Virus record (IMG/VR): IMGVR_UViG_3300020188_000808 | Location: 1-64,000 of that record | DNA: 64,000 bases | Strand: one strand, 5' to 3' | In this document: positions 56,184-64,000 of the stretch, one piece after another | Layout: every line of letters starts with the position of its first letter | Numbering within the stretch: the first letter of the stretch is position 1 | The notes under the pieces: model-generated | What the model saw: the letters and a program-made list of their open reading frames with translations, nothing else | Database searches by the model: none | Told to the model about the DNA's origin: nothing | Position numbers and translations under genes: made by a program

Positions 56184-59100
56184 GCCTGAGCTTCACCCCA
56201 TCTTAGAATAATGTTCGCTTTAGTATCTGTACCACCTGTTTTATAAACGTTGATTGCTAATACGTCTGGACCATTTGGATAAGTTCCTCTACCACCTAGT
56301 GTGGTATTAGTTAACTCTTTCAATGAGCTTAGAGATAATGAACTTGATTGTCCTGGTGTTGCAATAAAGGAGAATACAGTTTCACCTGGCTGTGCATAAG
56401 GTGGTTGTCCAAATAAGAACCCTACCGTATCACCTGCTGTTATCGTTGCATTTGAACTCTGTGTAAACGTTACTCTGTAATATGTTGTTGAACCAAATGA
56501 TAGTTCTTGCACACCAGCAACCGCAGTACCCGCTGAGAACTTAGAGTCTTCAACAATGTCGCCTGCAATAGCGCCTGTTGCGTTCCAGGTTGTTTCTGTA
56601 AAGAACAAGTAGTTAGAACCAGTTAAATCTCCACCAATTCTAAATGTTACTGTTGGATCAGCATTTTGTACTAGAATATTTTGATTAAATCTTAAACGTA
56701 CTCTACCGTACCATGGTTCTTGATAAACTTCTTCAATAGTTCTTGGATTACTTGTATAGTCGTTACTACCTGATGCAGTAACCTGCACACCTGTTGTAAC
56801 TTCGCCATTTAAAGCGGCAAACTCTGCTGTTGACAAATACTGATATCTACTATTTCTATTACCGTATAAGAATTCAGCAGTTTGTGTCATTGGACCTTGT
56901 ACTGTTGCACTTCTAATAACCTGTGTAGCACCAGTTGACCATACAACAGAACCGCCCGGAGCAACTTGAGCAAAGCTCGGTTGTCCACCAGCCGCCGCAC
57001 CAGTTAGTGCAGACCAACCAACATCATTTGGATTAATTGGATAGTTTTGTGGATTCAAAATTCCTTCAACAACAATACCGCCAGTAATTGGATTATTTGA
57101 ACTGTCATATCCGTCTGATGTAATTTCAATACCTTCTAGTAGCAACTGAGCTCTGTTTAGTAGTTCTCTTTCACCTAAGTCACCAACAATAGCGTTACTA
57201 ACACTAGGTGCTAGTCTTAACATAAACACAGTATTTCTTAATGTACTAATATCGTTACCTGCAGAAGCGTATGAGAAAATATAACCACGGTCTTCATCAA
57301 ATCCACCGTCTGTTAGGAACGCTGAACCCCAGTGTGATATGATTGGAGTAATTGTATTACTAATCAAAATTACACCAGTTCGCTCGTCATGTGGTACAGC
57401 ACCACCTGCTGTATAAGTTCTTGTTGCACCTGCCGCAAAGTTTGTTAGTGGAGCACTTCTAGTACACCCTGTTAGGGTATCACCTGTTACACCAGTATAA
57501 GATATCATTTCGTTATCAATAATAACTGTACCAGTTGTTGGGAAGAATGAAGATGTAATTAATGGAATTGTATTTTGTGTTGCATCCATTGCCGTCGCTA
57601 GCCTATCATTTGGACCTTCGTTAGTAACTTCATAACGCACAGGCATGTTACCAGTACGCATAAATGCTTCTGTGTTAATGTTTGAGTTACGCATTCTGTG
57701 ATAGAAAATAAAGTTACCATCATCACCACGTAGCATGTAGTCAATAAATCCAGCACCGTACCAACTGTACTGAATACCAATCATCTGCATCTTACTGATG
57801 TCCATGATATATCCACTACTTCCTAGACCGTCTAGTGTGTCTTTGTTAAAGTCAGCTTGTTTAGTTTTCTTATCACTAATCAAACATAATTTCACACCAG
57901 TAGCATTTGAATTACCTCTAAAGTCAGGTGTTACTGTCATAGCATTATCTGCTGTAATCTGTGAAACAACGTGTGTCATTCCTTTAATAACAATTCTATC
58001 ACCAGCTTTTAACTGATCTCTAAATCTTGTTCCTGACCCTGTACATGTGTTTGAATCAACATTAATTGCAACAGTACCTGCTAACTGTAGTGTAGCAGTT
58101 CTTTGTACTGCACTAAAGTTTGTTCCATCGTACTCCATAAAGATTCCGTTTTGATCATCAAATGCACCTGAACGCACAGTTGCACCGTGCCAGTTAAGTA
58201 ATGATACTTGGGCTCTTGTACTTAATACTGGTGTTAATGAAGCAGGAGCAATTTGCGAAATAACTTTAAATGTTCTTTCACTTACAATACTTGCTACTGT
58301 GTAATTTCCATTATATCCTGGAGTTTCAATACCAATTAATCTAATTTGTCCACCAACTTGTAGTCCATGGTCAACGTCATCTGTTGTAACTGTAATGAAA
58401 GTACCTGCTAGTAGATCGTCTGCTGTTACATCTAATAGATCGTAACTTGGAGCAAACAACGCACCAGTGGTATACATAATACCTTTACCTGACTGGTATC
58501 TAATATATTTTTTACTCTGTCTAATTGCTTGAGCACCGTGTTGCGGTCCTCCTGTTCCAAGCATAACTCCACCATCATATGGTCTGTGTACAAAGAAACT
58601 ATCTGGTCTTGGATAAAGCGTTGCACTAATATCACCTGTTTGTGTAATAGTACCTGGAGCTCTACACTGATATCTTAAACTTGTTGTAGTTGGAACCTGT
58701 TGTGCAAAGAACGGTCCTTCTAATAGTGTATGATTGTTAACGCCATCGTCTGAGTTAACTGTAACAATAAATGCATCTCCTGGAATCAATCCATGTGCTG
58801 ATGCAAATGAAACTTCTGTAGTTGCCAACGCCGCAAATCCAATTAATGTTCTAGCTGGTATTTGAGCAGTTATTAATTCTGACATAGTTACTGTTGCATA
58901 CGTTACTGTTGTATCTCCTGCAACTGCTGTTCCTACAATACTTGCGTCAACAATACTACCGTCTGTTGCTACTTCAGCAATAGTAATTGTTGCATCGTTA
59001 GTTGGTGATGTACCTCCTAACTCTGTACCTGCTACTTTAATTTTATTACCAGCTACATAAGATTCACCATCAACTGTAATTATTGGATTACTATAACTGC

Positions 59101-62100
59101 TACTAGTTCTTTGAATAGTAAATTCTGCATTTGAACCAAAGTTTCCTAATGGTGTTGGACCAACATCAACATATGATCCTACTCCACTTGGTCCTGTACC
59201 TGCGGTAGATACTGAAGCAATTGAACCTTCTCCGGTTCTTGTTCCGCTATTATCTGTAGTAAGAATATTAATTGTTAAATCGTTTGCTGGGCTTTCGCCA
59301 CCTAGTTGTGTACCCGGAACACGTATGTTTTGATCTGGAAAGTATCCAGTTCCTGGAGTATTAACTACTGCTGAATATACTTGGTTACTAATTGTAATAT
59401 CAAATGTTGCAGTACTACCAGATAATGTTGTTATCTGTCCTGCTGATTGTGATATATCTTGGTATACAACCTCATCATTACCTGTTCCTGAAATACTTAC
59501 AGTTAGGATCTCTCCGCCACTGTCAATAGTTAGTACAGTAATTGTTGCATCGTTTGCTGGAGTTGCACCACCTAGTTCGGTACCTGCTACTACAAATGTT
59601 TCGCCAACTAAGTAACCGCCGCCTGCATTAGTAATGTTTACTCCATAAACTGTTGCAGTTTTTGTAACACTGAAGTCTGCACCAACACCTGCTCCTGCTG
59701 GATATGTATACGTTACACTTGGATATGTTTCGTTAGCATTTGGTCCTGTACCAGTAATAGTAAATCCGGTAATAACACCAGAATTTACAGATGTTACTTC
59801 TATGAGTGCATCGTTAGTTGGACTACTTCCACCTGGGAATGTGTCTCCTATAATAAACATTCTGTCGCCAACTGCAAATCCCTGCGTAGGAGCCGCTGAT
59901 GTACCTGTATGTGTAATACTTAAAATTGTTCCTGCGCCATCTACTGATGTAATTGTAATAGTAATATCGTTGGTTGGTGATGTACCGCCAACGTTAGAAC
60001 CTAGTATTGTAAGTGTTGAACCTTGAGCATAACTATCTCCAGCTGTTGAACCTAATACAACAGTATAAGTTGTGTCAGCGTTTTGAGTAACATTAAATGT
60101 TGCTCCAGTACCAAAGACATTAAATCCTGATACAATATTAGTAAATGTTGCACTATTAACAGCCGTACCTGTAACTGAAACTCCTGTAATTTCACCACTA
60201 CCACCAACGCTGTCGATAGTAACTGTTGCATCGTTTCCTGGACTTGCGCCACCTAAATCAGAACCAAGAACTAGTAAAGTTTCACCTTGTGTGTATCCTG
60301 ATCCTGCACCAGGAGCGGTAACTGTATATACATTTCCTGTAAACCCTATGTTAATTTCAGCTCCAGTACCAATTGAACTTGTAGTAAATGGTACAGCGGA
60401 ATAGTTTGCTACAGCATCGCCACCAATTCCTGAATCAGTGAATGTTAAAATTGCACCAGCGCCATCTACTGAATCAACAGTAATATCTAAATCGTTTGTT
60501 GGACTTGCTCCGCCAAACACAGTACCTGGAATTCTAATAACTGATCCAACTGTGTATCCAGCATCAAGTGAGCCTGCATTTTTTGTAGTTGTGTAAATGT
60601 TATTTGTTAATACAACGTCCCAAGCCGCACCAGTTCCGCCAATTTGGGTTTCTGGAGGTAAATCAGTGTATGTTGGATTATCTGTAACTGCTGTATAAGT
60701 TCCAGCACTACTAGTAACATCAAGAATTAATCCAGTACCTAAGCCGTTAAGATTAGTACCTGTTACATTTGTAAATACTGCATTACCATCAAACGCTGAA
60801 CCTGTAAAGCTAAATGTTAAAATTGCACCACTACCGTCAACTGTATCAACTGTAATTCTAAGATCATTAGTATTTGATATACCACCTAATTGTTGTCCGT
60901 CAACAATTAATACATCGCCTGCTTCAAAATTAATACCTGCGGTTTGTAGTGAAACAGTATATTGTCCTAAAGTAGGATTTCCTCTATCAATATTAAATGT
61001 TGCGCCTGATCCCAATGATGTATAATTAGTACCAGTTATTCCTGTGTAACTAACTGTATTTCCTACAATGTTTGCTGTAGTATTTCCATCAAAGTTAAGT
61101 GTATTTCCTACAATAGTAGTAACATGAATCGCTGTTCCGTCACCTCTATCAATTGCTTCACCTTGTACAATACCTGTTGCATCAACAACATCAATAGCAT
61201 TAGAGCCTGCTGGAAAATCTCCGCTAACGTCTAAAGTATTTAATGTACCACCGTTTTCAAATCCTACTCCGCCACCAGTTAAACTTGTAACCTGAGCGCC
61301 AACTGCAATGCCTGCTCCGGTAGCAACCGTTGCAACAACAAAAGTCCAATCAGCACCACCGCCGTTTCCTAATGATGCATCTGAAATAGTAATAATATCT
61401 CCTGGAGCATTATTTCGTCCTGGATTTTCAATTGCTGTAACTGTCGCGGCACCTGTGCCGTCAACAACAATAGTATATGTACCTACAATTAAATCCGCCG
61501 CAATACTATCGGAACTACCTGTGCTTACTGAATATGTTCCTGCTAAACGTGAAGCATCAGCCGCTCCATATGTACCAACAGTTGATACTTGTCCGCTTTC
61601 GTTAACCACTGGAGAACCAACTTCTGGAGCAACACCAGACCATGTAATAATATTTGCACCTTCTGCCGCCGTTAATGGGTTGACAAATGTTCCTTCAGCA
61701 CCTTGTGATAAGATACTAAACTGTGGTTGGCCAATTGCCGCACCTGTATAAAATCCAGCTTGTCTTAATTGTGTGTAGAATGTTGATAATACTTCACCGT
61801 TAGTAACACCAACTTTTGATTTTGCAAAAAATGTAAATGTATTATCTGTTGGAACAGTTGAAACTACAAATGATCCTTCTGCTCTACTTGCTCCAGCAAC
61901 ACTATTTTCTAATGCTTTAATTGTAATAGGAGTACCTGCCGTAATACCATGTGGTCCAACTGTTGTTACAGTAATTTTACTTTGGCCAATACCATCAGTT
62001 CCAACTGATGCATCTGTTACAACTGATGATACTTGTGTATCAGTACCTGGTACTTCGTAAATACTTGGATATCCTCTTTGCATAGCAATCGCTTGCCATT

Positions 62101-63889
62101 TAGTGGGCTGTAACCCGTATTCAAAGTCAGCATCAAGCATAGATACTGAGTTACTAACACGCATACGTTCAATAGCATCTGTACCAAAGTCATGTGGTCT
62201 AGTAATAACATCACCTTGATCAATAAAGATTTGAATATCATCTGTATCGTAAAATTGTTTAACTTCTTCTTTGATTGGTAATACATTTAATCCGTTTTCA
62301 ATAACGTTTGTAATAACACCAAATAGTTCTGTTACTCTTTGACTAACATTTAATTCACTAATTTGTAAAATAGTATTTTGTGAAATTGCACCTGCACCAA
62401 CTTGTTCTGTTGGGTATAGTGTATTTGAAAAAATGTAATTGTTAATTACATCTCTAGCAAAATGTTTTGCTAAAATTTCTGGCATTCTATCGCCGTCAAT
62501 TTGTGGCGTAGTTTGTACCCAATACTTACTAGCATTGTAATGTGTTTTTGTATTTCCAGAATATTTAATATCGTGTGTAATTCCTTCAATATTAAATCCC
62601 ATATCTCTTTCACACTTAGCAGTATTGTATGTATAGTTGTACCATACATCTGAAATTGCATTAGCTGTTGCTGATACAAATATGTGATCTGAAGTATCAG
62701 ATGAAATACCAACATTAATTGTAACTGTGTCTGTAGTAGAACTTTCAATTAAAATTGGTTTATTATAAGTTGGATCTGTTCCTGTATCATTAGGCACACC
62801 ACTTGCTCTTGGATATGCATGTTCAGTAGCATGATTATCTTTAGCACAAGTAAATGTTAAACCACCAGGAGCAATTCTAATATAATCTCCTCTATAAAAC
62901 GTATGACTAGGAATTGTTAAAACCATTTGGCCACTTGCTGGACTAAATGTTGCCGCAGTTGGAGTAAATCTTGTACTTGCCGCAACTTTACCTGCAATCC
63001 AAGCAACAGTTTCTTTCTTTAAAAACTCTAAGTTTGCTTCTAATAGTGCTACTGCTTTTGGAGAATAAACTCTATTATCTGTATCTTTCTTTAGGTATAC
63101 TGTAGTAACTGTACCAGTTCTTTCAAGGAACTTTGGAAAGTCTTCTTCAATACCTTTAGTTAACTGTGAAGTATCATCTGTTTGGAATGCAGTTGACGCA
63201 CCTAAATCAGGGTCACTAAAGTTATATAAAATTTCGTTGTTTGTTGAATCTGTAATCAACAATAAATCGTTTGCAGGAACACGAGTTTGAATTTTAACAC
63301 TTGAAATTTGTGATCTCTGTAGTGGAGGAATAACATCTAAGCCGCCTGCAATAACAGTTGTAATGATTCCCATTAGTTCTGTTATTCTTGCATCAGTACC
63401 TGTTTCATAGTTACTGCCGTTGTCATAAACTTGCACTTGTGCTGGTGGTTCTGATTGTAAACTTGTGTAAGGAACTTGTGGTAGAATGTAGTTATTAATT
63501 AAACTAACAACAAAGTTCTTAGCCGCAATTTCAGGAGCTCTATCACCATCAATCTGCGGAGTTGAATTAATCCAATACTTACTTGCTAAGAAACGTGCTT
63601 GATAATTTCCGCCATAACGCAAATCCCAAAGTACGCCGGTTGCTCCGTCTGTACCTTCTAAATTGTATCGTGTATCTCGTCTACATAGTACATCATTGTA
63701 TGTGTAGTTGTACCATATTGATCCTGGATTACCTGTATTTGCCGCAACTTGTGCAGTAAGCCATGCTGACAGTTCTTCAACAATAAAGTTAATGTTTGAT
63801 TTTATTAGACTGTATGCATACGGAAATCTATTTTCACTAATAGGAATTCCTGGTTGAAATATATACGAGTCAATTTTTTTCTTTGCCAT
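56180..63889 (-). CDS. Very large repetitive virion structural/fibre protein (2569 aa)
   Basis: Gly/Thr-rich; eight GGxSPxND-type repeats; duplicated YNYTYN..C.RD module. Confidence 0.8.
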   Translation of the reverse strand: MAKKKIDSYIFQPGIPISENRFPYAYSLIKSNINFIVEELSAWLTAQVAANTGNPGSIWYNYTYNDVLCRRDTRYNLEGTDGATGVLWDLRYGGNYQARFLASKYWINSTPQIDGDRAPEIAAKNFVVSLINNYILPQVPYTSLQSEPPAQVQVYDNGSNYETGTDARITELMGIITTVIAGGLDVIPPLQRSQISSVKIQTRVPANDLLLITDSTNNEILYNFSDPDLGASTAFQTDDTSQLTKGIEEDFPKFLERTGTVTTVYLKKDTDNRVYSPKAVALLEANLEFLKKETVAWIAGKVAASTRFTPTAATFSPASGQMVLTIPSHTFYRGDYIRIAPGGLTFTCAKDNHATEHAYPRASGVPNDTGTDPTYNKPILIESSTTDTVTINVGISSDTSDHIFVSATANAISDVWYNYTYNTAKCERDMGFNIEGITHDIKYSGNTKTHYNASKYWVQTTPQIDGDRMPEILAKHFARDVINNYIFSNTLYPTEQVGAGAISQNTILQISELNVSQRVTELFGVITNVIENGLNVLPIKEEVKQFYDTDDIQIFIDQGDVITRPHDFGTDAIERMRVSNSVSMLDADFEYGLQPTKWQAIAMQRGYPSIYEVPGTDTQVSSVVTDASVGTDGIGQSKITVTTVGPHGITAGTPITIKALENSVAGASRAEGSFVVSTVPTDNTFTFFAKSKVGVTNGEVLSTFYTQLRQAGFYTGAAIGQPQFSILSQGAEGTFVNPLTAAEGANIITWSGVAPEVGSPVVNESGQVSTVGTYGAADASRLAGTYSVSTGSSDSIAADLIVGTYTIVVDGTGAATVTAIENPGRNNAPGDIITISDASLGNGGGADWTFVVATVATGAGIAVGAQVTSLTGGGVGFENGGTLNTLDVSGDFPAGSNAIDVVDATGIVQGEAIDRGDGTAIHVTTIVGNTLNFDGNTTANIVGNTVSYTGITGTNYTSLGSGATFNIDRGNPTLGQYTVSLQTAGINFEAGDVLIVDGQQLGGISNTNDLRITVDTVDGSGAILTFSFTGSAFDGNAVFTNVTGTNLNGLGTGLILDVTSSAGTYTAVTDNPTYTDLPPETQIGGTGAAWDVVLTNNIYTTTKNAGSLDAGYTVGSVIRIPGTVFGGASPTNDLDITVDSVDGAGAILTFTDSGIGGDAVANYSAVPFTTSSIGTGAEINIGFTGNVYTVTAPGAGSGYTQGETLLVLGSDLGGASPGNDATVTIDSVGGSGEITGVSVTGTAVNSATFTNIVSGFNVFGTGATFNVTQNADTTYTVVLGSTAGDSYAQGSTLTILGSNVGGTSPTNDITITITSVDGAGTILSITHTGTSAAPTQGFAVGDRMFIIGDTFPGGSSPTNDALIEVTSVNSGVITGFTITGTGPNANETYPSVTYTYPAGAGVGADFSVTKTATVYGVNITNAGGGYLVGETFVVAGTELGGATPANDATITVLTIDSGGEILTVSISGTGNDEVVYQDISQSAGQITTLSGSTATFDITISNQVYSAVVNTPGTGYFPDQNIRVPGTQLGGESPANDLTINILTTDNSGTRTGEGSIASVSTAGTGPSGVGSYVDVGPTPLGNFGSNAEFTIQRTSSSYSNPIITVDGESYVAGNKIKVAGTELGGTSPTNDATITIAEVATDGSIVDASIVGTAVAGDTTVTYATVTMSELITAQIPARTLIGFAALATTEVSFASAHGLIPGDAFIVTVNSDDGVNNHTLLEGPFFAQQVPTTTSLRYQCRAPGTITQTGDISATLYPRPDSFFVHRPYDGGVMLGTGGPQHGAQAIRQSKKYIRYQSGKGIMYTTGALFAPSYDLLDVTADDLLAGTFITVTTDDVDHGLQVGGQIRLIGIETPGYNGNYTVASIVSERTFKVISQIAPASLTPVLSTRAQVSLLNWHGATVRSGAFDDQNGIFMEYDGTNFSAVQRTATLQLAGTVAINVDSNTCTGSGTRFRDQLKAGDRIVIKGMTHVVSQITADNAMTVTPDFRGNSNATGVKLCLISDKKTKQADFNKDTLDGLGSSGYIMDISKMQMIGIQYSWYGAGFIDYMLRGDDGNFIFYHRMRNSNINTEAFMRTGNMPVRYEVTNEGPNDRLATAMDATQNTIPLITSSFFPTTGTVIIDNEMISYTGVTGDTLTGCTRSAPLTNFAAGATRTYTAGGAVPHDERTGVILISNTITPIISHWGSAFLTDGGFDEDRGYIFSYASAGNDISTLRNTVFMLRLAPSVSNAIVGDLGERELLNRAQLLLEGIEITSDGYDSSNNPITGGIVVEGILNPQNYPINPNDVGWSALTGAAAGGQPSFAQVAPGGSVVWSTGATQVIRSATVQGPMTQTAEFLYGNRNSRYQYLSTAEFAALNGEVTTGVQVTASGSNDYTSNPRTIEEVYQEPWYGRVRLRFNQNILVQNADPTVTFRIGGDLTGSNYLFFTETTWNATGAIAGDIVEDSKFSAGTAVAGVQELSFGSTTYYRVTFTQSSNATITAGDTVGFLFGQPPYAQPGETVFSFIATPGQSSSLSLSSLKELTNTTLGGRGTYPNGPDVLAINVYKTGGTDTKANIILRWGEAQA

Positions 63890-63897
63890 CTGTTTTC

Positions 63898-63999
63898 CTA
63901 CATTCCGAAAGCAACAGCCATTGCTGATGCCCTACTGTCTACATATTTTTTGTTAGTAACTGTTGTAGCTGTTGTTGGGTTTGCTTGTACTTGTGCCGA
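63898..63999 (-). CDS. 3' end of a virion fibre-type protein (partial)
   Basis: ...TVTNKKYVDSRASAMAVAFGM*; KKYVD-type motif; runs off the window. Confidence 0.6.
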   Translation of the reverse strand, partial: SAQVQANPTTATTVTNKKYVDSRASAMAVAFGM

Positions 64000-64000
64000 A

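Noticed and set aside
763-62748. Many short opposite-strand or alternate-frame ORFs in the track (e.g. 12257-12643, 20019-20555, 51531-52052, 61308-61751)
   Set aside because: Shadows of well-supported genes with no RBS, promoter or recognisable motifs
559-63889. Stop-codon reassignment
   Set aside because: Core genes are intact under the standard bacterial code; TAA, TAG and TGA all terminate genes

Overview
A 64-kb segment of a large T4-related tailed phage (myovirus); an alphaproteobacterial aquatic host is plausible but is only an inference. (1) About 1-7.8 kb is a visibly GC-richer early region. Small genes there mostly have their own near-consensus sigma70 promoter (15 forward, 2 divergent), and there are a SleB-like hydrolase, an AAA+ ATPase, tRNA-Arg(UCU), tRNA-Leu(UAA) and several structured non-coding segments. 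(2) About 9-36 kb is mostly minus-strand: replication/recombination genes (gp41-like helicase, primase, a 190-aa miniature DnaE-like polymerase, gp62-like, UvsW, UvsY, UvsX, gp32), interleaved with ClpP, a peroxiredoxin, 2OG-Fe(II) oxygenases, cupins, methyltransferases, glycosyltransferases and a carbamoyltransferase domain. (3) About 36-64 kb holds packaging and morphogenesis genes (gp17, gp16-like, gp4, gp19, gp18, gp13/14/15), a dNMP kinase, ADP-heptose genes hldE/hldD and a 2569-aa repetitive virion protein. The most notable observation is that 11 early genes share a GAGGGCA ribosome-binding motif, while four independent hairpins in the same region display its complement (GCCCUC) in their loops. 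This suggests a phage-encoded anti-RBS RNA or decoy circuit. Other highlights are apparent avoidance of GCWGC alongside a solitary restriction-like nuclease, a minimal C-family polymerase, and a TAAATA-N5-ATG pattern implying leaderless late mRNAs. All calls are by eye; no searches were run.
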